DNA from: Antedon mediterranea
Taxonomy: Eukaryota > Animalia > Echinodermata
Reading direction: 5' to 3'
Assembly (NCBI RefSeq): GCF_964355755.1
Contig: NC_092672.1
Span: 36,710,437 to 36,774,436 of the forward strand
Length of the DNA stretch: 64,000 nucleotides
The notes below the pieces were generated by a model. That model saw nothing but the letters and a program-made list of their open reading frames with translations, made no database searches and was not told the DNA's origin. Positions 1-13,800 of the stretch are shown one piece after another. The translations under genes and the position numbers were made by a program. The stretch's first letter is position 1. Each line of letters begins with the position of its first letter.

Positions 1-875
1 CCAACATTCAACATAGGTTTTGTATGAGCTGTGTCACCAGTCATAAACATAGTATAACATTTATTACTTTTAGAACAGCAGCTCTATAACATATAGGCTG
101 TTTTATTAATTCGGTATAAACGTACAGTCAACGTAAATAGAATTAATATAGCCATGAATTAACGAACAAAAATGTGTCCTGTGCCATCTAGCACTCGGAT
201 AATAAATGTATGGTGACGTCATGATAATGATGATGAAAATGATGATGTTGACGATGATAATGATGATGATAATGAAGCAAAAAGTAACAAACCCACATAA
301 TATGATGAGAACTTAGGAAGAACTCACGTTTGCTTAGTCCACATAGGAGTACAAATGGGTACCAACTTCTCAACTCAAGACATTTTTCTTGTCTTTAGAT
401 ATTATATATGTTTTTAAATGTTAACCATAACACAATAACATAAATAAAACGAAATAACAAAATATGTAGATAATAAATACGTTGCATTTATTATAGACTT
501 GTTTGAGCGTGTTTTACACTGAGTATTAAAAACAAACTATAGTAATAATAATTAAAAGATATAACATAAATACGCTGTGTTTTATAATGAGTATTACAAC
601 AAAAAATGTTTAATAATAATTTTGATTAAGAGATTGCATGCATTACCAGAAGCAGACAACTTAATCTACCACTTTTTGGTATTTAGTATCTACTTAATAC
701 AATGTTGTTTCTGATGATGACTAAATAAATATCGTACTTAGAGGTAATAATACCGTATATGATTAAGCATCAAGACTGGCATTAAATCTTGCTTAAGTTA
801 AGAAGAAGCGCTTAAGGTTTTGTCTTAAGAAATTTTTTGATAAAAATAATTAAATAACAATATTTGCTTTAAGGT

Positions 876-954
876 AGGTCTGTCTACAATATCAAATTAA
901 AAAAAGATGTGATATGCCCATATATGGACAAAGTTTAATAGTGTAGACAGAGCT
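876..954. mobile_element. Harbinger-like MITE family A, degenerate short copy
   Basis: Degenerate TIRs (..TCTGTCTACAATATCAAA / TAGTGTAGACAGAGCT) and the internal GATATGCCCATATATGGAC motif. Confidence 0.7.
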
Positions 955-1869
955 TTAGATTATTTTGAAATGGTCAACTGCAAGATATTGGACAAGGCTG
1001 AGATGATTTTTTTTTTCTAAGCATATTTGATAGATCTGGTTTGAAAGATTTTTACAACGTTGAAATGAATCATTTATTTAAAAATGAGTCAACATCAATT
1101 GCATCAATCGTTCAAAATCTACAAACCATAAACGAATTATAAAATTTCTTAAGCCAATCTCAAATTACGCTACTGCTCGAACGATTGCGATGTCAGAGTT
1201 GCAGAGGTGTTTCTACAAAATATGATGCGCCGTCAAATGCTCAACTCCCAGGCAGTAGAAGAATGATGGCATTACATTAAGATGGAAAGTTCATTTTTTA
1301 CATCATCTATAGCCTAGAATATCTTAACCTATACTTGATACCAGCAAATGTCTTCAATCTATACGATGTTTATAATGCCTTCAGGGAGTATATAGTATAC
1401 CTTAAGATCAATTATATAGTAACTTTATAGTTTAAGGCAATGACATATAGAAACCAATATAATAATATATTATTATATAAAGTACATAAAATATATATAT
1501 TATAGATATTATGGCTGTTATTTAAAGGGGAATTAATTCAGTTTTATTTCATTACAAAATATTATTCATTCATGAATATATTTGGCATATAGAAACTATA
1601 CTAGAAGCTGGACTATAAATACTGGATTCTAAAATATCACTTCAAACAATACAGGTTCAGAGGTGAGTAAGACTTCAGTACTGGTCAGTCTGGTACTGGT
1701 CATTGGCTAAAGGCCAAAATATGTTTCAGCTTGTTGAATGTTACTTACATTTCCCCACGTAAAACATTTAAAACATAAGGTTTCTGACAAAAACTTAAAG
1801 GTACAACAAAACCTACTAACCACCAATTATATAATACCAAGTTACCAGATATTGAGTCAATCTTGTAAA

Positions 1870-4800
1870 TTAGACCACAGCTGGAATCGGGTCATCTTCT
1901 GGAAGAGGGCTGAATTTAGGCCTCTTATACCTGTAGTAAGACATAATAAAATGTACACATTAGTGAATAATCAGAACACTATTTGACCGTATGAATTCCA
2001 TTGTCACTATGGATGCAGATCGTAATACAGAAGAGGCCAATATAACATCAGCCCTTTCCAGATGTGGCTATCCTAAGTGGTCATTCAACCAAGTAAAGAA
2101 AAAAATGAAAGAAAACAAAAAAGTAACATTCAAGAAGAAAGAAAACACCATGGAAAGCAAAGGATTTGTAGTCGTCCCTTATGTAGCAGGACTTTCGGAG
2201 CGAGTTAGTAAAGTGTTTAGGGAGTTTGGCATCAACACAGCTATGAAACCCCACACTTCATTACGCCAACTACTTGTCCACCCAAAAGACCAAGTTGACA
2301 AATTGAAAGTAAGTGGCTAATTGCATCTACGAAATCTCATGTTCTAATTGTGATCACACCTACATTGGAGAAACGGGTCGTTGTTTTGGCACAAGGTTAA
2401 AAGAACATAGAAAAGAAACAGAAAAGATAACCCAACAGAGAAAGAACTTCACTCGTCAATCACATAGAGAATCAAAACATGAACTGAGCAAATCAGCTAT
2501 AGCAGATCATGCCGTCAAGTCATATCACATAATAGACTGGACACAACCTAAAATCATCGACAGGGAACCAGATACAAACAACCGACGCATCAGAGAAGCC
2601 ATCTGGATCCGCAGACGAGGAAACCAAATCATCAACAGAGACGAGGGCACCCACCAACTCAGTCACGTGTATGACCCTGTCATTAAACAGAATAGGCCCT
2701 CTAGAGGTCAGTCTGTTTGATGATAGTTCGTCATTATTTCTGAAGAAGCTGTCCGATCAGGACAGCGAAACTGTCAAGGTTAGTTTTTACTAATTATTGG
2801 TTTGGAAAAAAGAATATTTCCAATATACTTATACCTACAAACCAGATGAACATTTTCAATTACACATTAGTGAGTCTATATTCTCCCTGTATATTAGTCC
2901 TTGACTTGATTCTAACTTTGGACTTAAGGTGGTGTAAAGGATTTGTGAAAGAAGGGTGAAAGGTTTGAATATATCTAGAATAGCTGCAGGTGAAGATTTT
3001 TCGCGCCGTTTCGTTAGCCAGTTATATTCAAGAGAATGGAATCATTAGGAAACAGTTACCATGCGGTTTCATATTGTTTACTACTGATGAAAAAATGGGT
3101 ATTTGGAAACTCAGACTGGGCATGTGCACACCCCAAAGCACGTCTGGGAAAAGAGAGCCTATGAAAACATCTGCTGACAAATATTGAGATGCATGTAGAC
3201 GGTAGTTATCGTGAGATGAGCGGCATTTTTTGTAAGAAATGTTTCTTGTTTTATATTATATATATATATCGGTATATTTTTATTCAAAATTCACATACAA
3301 ATTACATACATGGCAGCACATGGCTGAATTGCATATGTATTACATTATAAAAACTATTTAAACTATAATCACTATCAACAATACATACATATACCTGTCC
3401 CTGCCTATCAACCAAGCCCCTTATAAATGGCACAATTATAACAAAAAGTAGAGATGAGAATTAAAGAGATAACATGGCAGCAGCACGTTCATCTGATCTC
3501 TTTTCAGGAAAAAATGACCCTGGCTACAGACTGACTAATACAGTAAACATAGCTCTACTCACAAATAGTGCACTATGTGAAACAGCAATCAGTAATATCT
3601 AATGTTGTAATGATATTAACATCTGCATGTTATGATACATACTTAATGTTAATACATAGTTAATGTGAATGCTATTAATCCTTCAATGATCTATGGACAT
3701 TTTTATACTTGACATCAGTTAACATTTCATCACATCATTAACGCCTAATGAGGTGTTACGACATTCAATAAATCTTATCTTTTTAAAAAGATGCATCAAT
3801 ATTGTATATTGTTTGAAAAAATGGTAAAATGGAGTTTGTATCTTTAATATCTTGAAAAATTACTCAGATACTAAGTACTCCAATCAGCCTCTGTGTGGGT
3901 TTTTTTTTCAAAGCAGAGGGGAAGACCCAGTGGGAGTTTGTCCCTTCTTTTGTTGACAGCTAAAATGAATGTATTATCTCTTGATATCTATTTTTGACAG
4001 ACTATTAATATCATTTTAGTGCTATCCATAAATGCATTATGGTTCTTCAAATCATAATTAGACTTGCTCCAGTCAAATAATAATAATATTAATAATTCAT
4101 TTTTATACACTGTAGCGCATAAAAGCAAACTCTCAATGATCTGCACATTATTATTTTGGTCATTTTTTGGATTGGTCAAAATATATCAAGTAAAAATGAC
4201 AATTTAAATAACCTGTTTATGCTGTGAAGACTTTATTGTGCCTATCAGCAAAATCTCCTATCATAAAACTTTTATATTAAACCAAACGAGCCAACACGGA
4301 TCACAAGAATCACAAACAAGGAAACTAGTATTTGTTATAACATTAAAAACATATATATAACACAATAAAAGTAAGCATCTACTTACAACTTGAGCATCAG
4401 AGAAGACATTACGACAGACACAGATGATGTTGCCATGGCAGCCGATGCCATCCAAGGTTGAAGGAGGACTCCAAATGTAGCTAAAGCACCTGTAATAGAA
4501 ATAAAAAATGTATTATAAAATTTATACAAATTTATAAGTAATTTGTCCTTACATTTGATATTTTACAAAATATTTCCCAATATCAATTTTAAAAAAATGT
4601 ATTAATTTATATTCAAATATGGTGTATGTAATTTGAATTCTTTGTTTGCGGAATTTTCTATAAATGCGACATTTATTTCTATTGAATACATTAAAATGAC
4701 ATATGTTTTACATTGAGCCATCTACAATGTATCCATTAAAACATTGATAAAAAAGTACTGGTATTGTTAGTTTTGGGGAATTATATTTTACCTGACTGCG

Positions 4801-7800
4801 TTTTTTGTACATTTGTACATATACAACTTTTTTTTTTTTTTTAATTTGATGTAGGCCTTTATATTATTTCTGCAAATCAGCTATTTAGGCTGCAATAATC
4901 ATAATGCATGTATTTACCGATTTATATGTTAAATAAATATATCAAAATATATATATATTATATTAAATAAATGGGTGGGGACATTTTAAAGAGTACACAA
5001 TAGTATGGAACATACCTGCAGCTATTGGTATTCCAAGTCCATTGAAAATACAAGCAAAGAAGAAGTTGATGTAAATGCGTCTAACAGTGTGCTTTGATAG
5101 GTCAATGGCAGCGGCAACATCCAACAGATTGTTCTGTAACAGTTAAATGTATTCAATTTAAATGTTTACGATCACTGTACAAAATGATTTATCAATTATA
5201 ATCACTGAAAAGTGAAAAGTAGAAACCTGCTCATGACATACGTTCCTTATTCTGAGGATATCACTATAAAAAAGACCCATTGATACAATAGAACCAATCA
5301 TTTGTAACAAACTTATTCAGGGCCATGAAACCGCTATTTAAAATGAACAAAGTGCAATATTATGTTTAACACTAAGGCCAACCTATTCTAGGAATATCAC
5401 TATCAAAACACATTTATAAAATTACTGAAAAGTGACATATAAAGATATCTTGTATTTTCTCCCGTAAGAAATTTTACAACAATGTTGGCAGCTGTAATTA
5501 TCTCTTAATTATCTAATTATAAAAAAAAAATTAAAAAGAAAGATATTATGAAACCCAGAAATGTAGAAATTAAACATGCTTTAATAGAATGTACTGGAAT
5601 GTACTATGTTTAATTAATTTTATGTAACATGAGTATAAGTTAGTTAATAAACTTGTAATGTAACATGCGAACTTGACATGAACGAGATAAACATACATTA
5701 AGTGCATTCAGATGAGTATACAACATTGTAGTAATATGCCAATTACTTTGAATGTACAGTAAATTAACATTTTATGTTAATCACCCAAATTATCAAAGTT
5801 AAGAATGAATGAGTGAGCCAAAACATATCATACATAGAGGGCAGTAGACATGCTTTGGCTTAAAATTTTAATGGTAACATATTACTTTGCTTTTACTTTA
5901 GACCAAAGAACTTATAACACAAGAATCTCCTGTTCGTCCGAAGCGCGTAACAATTTCGAAAGGCATTGTGGGATAGAATAGAGCTATGGGTGGCGCCATT
6001 GTGAGCCATGGAGTAGGGCGCCTGCATCAAATTAGAAAGTCAAAATCATAGAGGGGATCTGCTAATGGTCTAGGGGGGTAGAGTAATTGACTGAGGAGTA
6101 GGGCGCCCGCATCAAATTAGAAAGTCAAAATCATAGAGGGGATCTGCTAATACTCTAGGGGGGTAGAGTAATTGACTTCCTAGTTTGGAGGGGGCGCTGC
6201 TCCATGCTGTGAAATGGCGTCGCCCAGTTTGACCTTTTAACCCTGTACTTCCGATACTTTGTTTTGAATGCAAATTGAAGAACAGGAGATTCTTGTGTTA
6301 TAAGTTCTTTGTTTAGACACAAATTGTTTGTGACCGAGAAAATAAAACTATTTGTAAAGAAATATTTGGACACTTGAATAAAATTATTACCTTAATCAAG
6401 ACAATGTCGCCAGCGTCCACTGCAACATCCGTGCCCGTTCCTATGGCGATCCCTACGTCAGCCTGGACCAATGCCGGTGAGTCGTTGACCCCATCACCAA
6501 CCATAGCAACATGTTTACCTTTCGACTGGATCTCTTTCACTTTATCAACTTTATTATGAGGTAGCACCTCAGCGAATACTTGGGTGATTCCAACCTTTGA
6601 AAAAAAGTAATATTTCAATACAAGGAAACTGTATAACATATTGGCAATTAGGAAAAAAGATAATTAAAGCTCTGTCTACACTTTCAAAATGTGATGTGAA
6701 AAAATGTGATGTGCCCGTATATGGACAGGATGATGTCATATTACAACTATATTTGGGCATATCAGTATCATATTTTGGCATATCACTACCATATTTGGGC
6801 ATATCACTACCATATTTGTACACATCACACTTTTTTTTGTCAAAGTTTGATAGTGTAGACCGAGCTTAATAGACATGATGTCATATCACTACCATATTTG
6901 GTTATATCGCTACCATATTTGGGCACATCATGATAGTGTAGTCAGAGCTTTAGAATTTGTTGATGAACCGTTACCTGTTTGGCAATGTTGTCAGCAGTAC
7001 GTCTGTTGTCACCTGTTAATAGTATGACATCCATTCCCATGTTCTTCAAGATGTGCACTGTATGTGCTGCTTCTTCCTTGACTGAATCAGCCACACTCAG
7101 CATACCGGCAATGACGCCTATAAAAAATGTCAATTTATTAAAGATGTATTGTCCCCCAAAAACATAACAAATGAAGATTGATAAAGACTTTGAATAGGTC
7201 ATTTTGTAGTTTTAATAAAGTTAATAACTTTTGTAAAACAAAAATAATTACTTCACTTATAAAAAGACAAAAGTAACGATTAATTTTAACCAAAAGCCAT
7301 TGTCTGACAGATAATTTAGGTTTTTTTTTTTTAAATTACATTTTTTTTCATCTAGTTTTCGGTGAATAACTATTATGCGACATTAAAACTGCATATTCAA
7401 TAAAGAAATGGTTAAAACAATTTTTAGGCGGACAATATATCTTTAAAAGCAACAGGTTACAATATACAGGGATTCTATGCAAGTTATTAAAGAAAAGGGC
7501 ATGTAAACACAATTAAAAGAAAGTTTATGTACGAACCATTGACAGCTACCAAGACGGCTGTTTGACCTTTGTTCTCATGGTCTGACATGACACTGTTGAT
7601 GTCATCCGTCACTGTCAGTCTGTTTTGTTTCATCCATTCTCGGTTTCCAATCAATACATCATAGATTTTGTTAGCATTATTGTCTGAAAGTAAATTATTC
7701 AACTAAAGCTCTGTCCACACTATCAAACTTTATGTGAAAAAAAAAATGTGAGGTGGCCATATCGACATGATGATGTCATATCACTACCATATTTAAGCAT

Positions 7801-10800
7801 ATCACTACCATATTTAAGCATATCACTACCATATTTGGGCACATCACACTTTTTTTGTCAGACTCATTTGATAGTGTAGACAGAGCTTTAAGATAAATAT
7901 ACTATATACTAGATAGTTTATAATAGATATATTTATCATTTAATATGTAGAAATACTGGTTTGTAAGGTGTATTATATAAAATTTAAAAAAACATACCAT
8001 CTTTAATCTGGCCTTCATCATCGGTTATATCGGCTTCCTCTCTGGCAATGTTAGCGTTATTATCATCTTCGGTTTTTTTGATCATCATTGAACTGATGTT
8101 TGTTACTTGGCATTGGAGGCCGTAGCCTGGTTCGGCTTGGAACTTGGAACACTTACCCAACGATTCGGTCATCAATATCTAAGGTTAAACAATTAAAACA
8201 ATATTACTATCATCTATAAATTAATCTCCTTACAAGTACAAACACCAGGGCGTCAATAATTACCTCTTTGGCATGTTTTACAATAGCAACTCCAATGGGG
8301 TGCTCACTGCTTGCTTCAGCTGTCCCTGCTACAGCTATCAACTCATTCAAAGTCACAGAGTCTGTAAACTTATTAACTTTCCTTACGACAGGAACGCCAT
8401 GTGTAATGGTACCGGTCTTGTCAAATATCACAGTCTCCAACTAAATGAAAAAATGTAGCGTCAAAATATTGCATATAAAAATTAATTTAATTTTAAAAAC
8501 AGTACCAAAAACTCCAAATGAATTTTAATATTTTATAAAATGTTAATAAAAGTCACCTTATGTGCCATCTCCAGTGGTTCTCCGCCTTTAATCAAAATAC
8601 CATTTTGAGCACCTACACCGGTTCCAACCATTACAGCTGTAGGGGTGGCCAGTCCAAGAGCACATGGGCAGGCAATGGCCATCACAGAAATTGCTACTCG
8701 GAATGCAAATTGTAGAATTACTTCGGTTTCATTGATGTCATGTCCTTCGGTCTGACAAAGAAAGAAATTTAATGCAAGTATTATATTATTTTGATCCATT
8801 GCTGGTTCCTCTCCTGGCAATAATTAAAGATATATTTTCCCCCTAAATATTGTTGATGTTGTTGAATATGCCATTTTATTGTAAAATAATAATTATTCAC
8901 TTTGACCAAAAAAACTGGATCGGAAAAAAAAAATTATTTTCCTGAAAAAAATGTAAAAAGCAAAACATTGTCTGGCAGAAAATAGTTTTTGGTAAAATTT
9001 ACCGTTTTTTTGTCTTTTTATAAGATAAATCATTATTTTTGTTTCTACAGAAGTGAATAATTAAAATCAAAGTCCAATGTTACCTTTTCATATGTTGGTA
9101 TCTTAGTGATATCAACATAGCCAATGATAATCCAGGTGACAAGAGTAATGACACTCAAACAAACAATCCCTGGTACGAACACACCTGATATCTTGTCCGC
9201 AAACTGTTGAATCGGTGCCTACAAAAATGAAACATGGTGTAAAAAAAGTGGCTGTTTATAGAATAGATTAATAAAATAATACATATAAAATAAGTCTCTC
9301 TTTCTTCAGCCCATATCATCCCACTGCTGGTAGCAAATCTTGGCCATGCTTTGGTACAGGTCTGTCTAATAAGCTCATCTCTCCATCTTGAATAAAATAA
9401 CAATTACCTTTGAAGTCTGTGCATCTTGGACAAGTTTTACAATCTGTGCTAAGGTCGTATCCGTGCCAACATGGGTCGCTTCTATCAACAGTGTTCCATT
9501 TTGATTGATAGATCCACCAATCACAATGTTTCCTAGTGGTTAAACGCATAATAGGTAAATTAATAAAATTGTTCTTTTAAATTTTATATTAACTTGCCTT
9601 AAAGCTGTATTGTCCCCCTGAAAAAATAATTCTTAAAAAAGTTTGGTTGAATATGCCATTTTGATGTCACGTAATAGTTATCCACTTTGACCAAAAACTG
9701 GATCAAAAAAAAAATATTTACCTGAAAAAATGCAATTTAAAGAAAAAAATAGTCAAATTGGCTGCCAGCCAATGGGTTTTTGGTTGAATTTAACTATTTA
9801 TTTTGTTATTTTATTGGTAAAAACTAATTAATCTTTATTTTTCATGTTTTTGGGGTACAATATATCTTTAAGATTCAGAGCATAAGTAACTGAAATCAAA
9901 CAATACCTGGTTTTTTAACAACCGGCATAGATTCTCCAGTAATCAAAGCTTCATCTGCTGAAGAAATTCCATCAATGACTTTTCCATCCACTGGCATCTT
10001 GGCACCAGGAACTACCTTCAGGATATCATGGGTCTGGACAAGTTCTATGTTGATCTCCTTTTCCACAAGAATTTGGTGGTTTTTTCCGAGAGTGACCAGG
10101 ATTGCCTCGGTTGCTTGCATTGTCATGAGCTTGGATAGAGCATCAGATGTTTTAGCCTGTCAAAATAAAGAAACTCTTTTACATATCATAAAATTGAAAG
10201 AATGAATATTGTGAAAACCAAAACAGGTGAAATTCAATTTCAACTACAATATATTTACTGCTGTACATGTTCTATTCAGGTAAACTAGAGTCCCTCCTTT
10301 GAGAAAATTATTCCCATAAAATTAATATTGGCAAATATGTTTTAACACTATGGCCAACTCCTTATAAGACTCTCCTATTAAAGAGACACTTTGATCGGTC
10401 CTAAAGCTCTGCCTACACTTCAAAATTATGATAATCCAAATCTGGTAGTAATATCCCCAAATATGGTAGTGATATGACATCATCATGTCCATATATGGGC
10501 ACATTTTTTTGTCACATAAAGTTTGATAGTGTAGACAGAGTTATAAGGTGATTGTAAATGTTCATCTGGTTTGTAATTACTATTGGTTTGATAAAAATAA
10601 TTAGTTACACAGAGCTATAAGGTGTCCCCTTAATAGAGGTCTACTATATTGCATATTTGAATCATGGAACACTCTTCCGATTAACATCAGGAAATCAAAA
10701 TCTACAGACTTGTTTAAAGGCATCCGAAATCATATTTATTCCAACAAATTTATGAGTGCCAGCGGTTCTGGCATTCCTAACATGATATTTTTTTAGAAAG

Positions 10801-13800
10801 AATTTGGCGCATTAAAAATATGAATTGATTGATTGATTGATGATAAAGCCAATCAAACAATAAAGAATGACTTGTCTTGTAGTAAAGCAATTTTACCTTT
10901 GCAATATGCTCTAACCATCTACCAAGAGAAATAAACACCAATAGCATTGGAGGGGTGTCAAAGAACACCATAGGGCTATCGTCCTTCTTCATAATCATGG
11001 CCACCGCCACAGCTATGACAGAGTAGGCATAGGCTATGGTAGTCGCAAGCATGATGAGCACGTCCATGTTGGCTACACCATGTTTAATGGACTTGTAGGC
11101 TTGCACGTAGAAATGACGTCCAGAAACAAACTTTAGAGACAAAAATATTCTATTAATAAAAGTTTAGTTTATTGTGTGTTAAGATCTGTCAACACTGTCA
11201 AACTAATTTGACAAATATGGTAGTGATATGACATCACATCATATTATTTCTGTCACTTAAAGTTTGATAGTGTAGACAGAGCATTAGATAGGCATCAAAA
11301 TGGTTTAAAGTTAATTGAGGAAAGGGGCATAATAGCAGTAATCTCTTTTTTTACAAAAACTAATTTTTACTTGGCCTTGAAGATTATAGTACACATGCAC
11401 AATTTTTCCAGTTTTTCTAGGAAAGCCTCAAAGACATCAATCGATGTAACTCAATTACATCAATCACCGATTTATTGCCAAAATTTCCCATTACAGATAC
11501 AGTAATTGATAAATGTTGTATATTGGCAAGTTCCAATAAATACAAAGGTTAAAATAAATAATGCTTTCATTAATTTAAATTATCGCAACTTCTTGTCTAT
11601 TTTAATTTATGTACCGCGCATTTAGAGCTTCCTTATATGCACTATGTACGAATGAACTATTATTACTGTATTATGTAACAACTTCTTCCTAATTAATACA
11701 AATATTAGTGGAGTTGTGGCTTGGTGGTTATGATGCTTGGCTACCACTCCAAGGGTCCTGGGTTCAAGTCCTGTCACATGTCAGAATTTTTTCTAAGGAC
11801 CAAATTACTCCACTCCCAAAGACTTGTAATAAGACTTTGTTTATGTAGAGCATCTTGTGTATATGTTTGTCTTGTGAACCTCTGAGGGTCCCTAATGATC
11901 AGCAATAGCTGGATGGATCACCCTCATTAAATATGGTGTTAAAAAAAAAAAAATTAAAAAAAAAATAAAAATTAAAAAAAAATAAATAAATAAAATATAA
12001 TAGACAATATATACATATATATATATAGATAAATAACCTCTCTTAAATAAAAACATTTACCTGAACCATTGTGGCGCAGATGAACAAGAGAAGGTTCTCC
12101 AGCGACAAGCCAGGACAAATCATCTTGTGATTCTTAGTAACCATAAAGTAAATCATGATGGCCATCACTGGAATGCCAAATATGAGGGAAAACAAAAACG
12201 TGTTTCGCCATTTTCGAATCGTCTTTTTATGCTGTAGCGCCACCGCAACTTGGTTTGTGTCCGTTGATAATTCGCAGTCAAAACCAGCATCCTAAAATTA
12301 AGACATTTTATATAAACAATATATTTCTACCACATACAAAAAGAAATTTATATTCATTATTTTATGAGAGTAAAAGTCACACAAAGCATAATTTAGTGAG
12401 TGGCCGAGCGGCTAAGACAGTGGAACTGTAATTACGTAGCCATAACATCGACAAGGGTTCGAGACTCACTCGCTCCATGGTTCTGGTTGAATAGAACAAG
12501 TCTCTCGCATAAGGACTATAAACTGTAGCTCCAGTGTACACATCTAACTCATGTGCACTTTAAAGAACCTAGTACATCTTTCAAGATGAGTAGGGGGTTA
12601 CCCTGGTGTATTAGTACATCACAGCTACTGGTCATAACTGGGCCCTCTGAGAGACCAGTCTTTGACTGAAGGGGCCACCCAGTAAATATTAATAATAATA
12701 ATTAATAAAATTTAGGGGTTTCCCCTGGTGAATCTAGGGGGCAACACTTGCAAAATATGGGAAATTGGGTTAAGGTTAACACTTTTACAATTTTTAGGAC
12801 CTGCCACTGATAAGGTTTCAAAAGGTTAGGGTAGCTAAAAATGATTTTCAAGCAGTATCCTATAATAGTTCTAAGTGAGCATTAAGTTTGGCAGAAGGTC
12901 TTAAACTCTTGCGGAAAAAAATTCAGAGAAAAAATAAAAAATAATTAAGTACCTCAATTGCTTCCATGATTGTCCTTGCTCCGATAATGTTTGAATGATA
13001 TTTGAAGTGACCTTGGCTCGTTGACAAGGCAACAGAAGCAGAGATGACCCCATCCAGATTCTTTACCAATCCTTCAATCGTGGCAACGCAAGAAGCACAT
13101 GTCATTCCAGATATCTAATCATAATAATACATTTTTTTTTAAATTAAAAATGAAGACAAACTAAGAATAACAAATATTAAAGCTGACAAGAACCATGACA
13201 AAAACATGAAAAAATGAAGATTAATTAAAACAGACCTGAATAGGTTACTTTGTAATTTTAATCAAGTTAATCACTTCCGTAGAAAAAAAAAAAAAAAAAT
13301 ATTTTCACTTATAAAATGACAAAATAAATGGTTAAATTCAACCAAAAAACCAATTGGCTGGCATCCAATTTTACTGTATTTTGCTTTAAATTAAAGTTTT
13401 TTTCAGGTAAATACTTTTTTTTTCAAATCTAATTTTTGGTCAAAGTGGATAACTATTAGGTGACAATAAAATGGCATATTCAACAGCATAATTTTTAAGA
13501 AAATTATTTTTTCAGGGGCCAATATATCTATCTTGATTTGACCAAAAGGACTGATACAAACGGATACATACCACAAGATCCAACTTCTCGTCTCCACTGC
13601 CAGAATCAACATCCTGGATATCCGCTTCAAAACCCATGTCATCCACCACCTCTTTGATGCTTTCAGGGGTCATCTCATCTGGATCGTACACCACATCTGC
13701 TCTTTCTGCCATCAGAGCCACGATGGCTGAGAAGATACCTGCAATACAATGTTATTAAATGTTACTTTTTGTGAAGAATGATCTCATCTCTCATAACATG

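Noticed and set aside
188-373. His-rich ORF as a metal-binding peptide next to ATP7
   Set aside because: It is a degenerate (ATG/CAT)n microsatellite with a non-ATG start and no splice support.
2990-3187. Plus-strand exon of an antisense gene (acceptor-like CTGCAG at 2989, donor-like GAG|GTGAGT at 1661)
   Set aside because: No recognisable protein in any frame and no supporting exon chain; this cannot be supported without RNA data.
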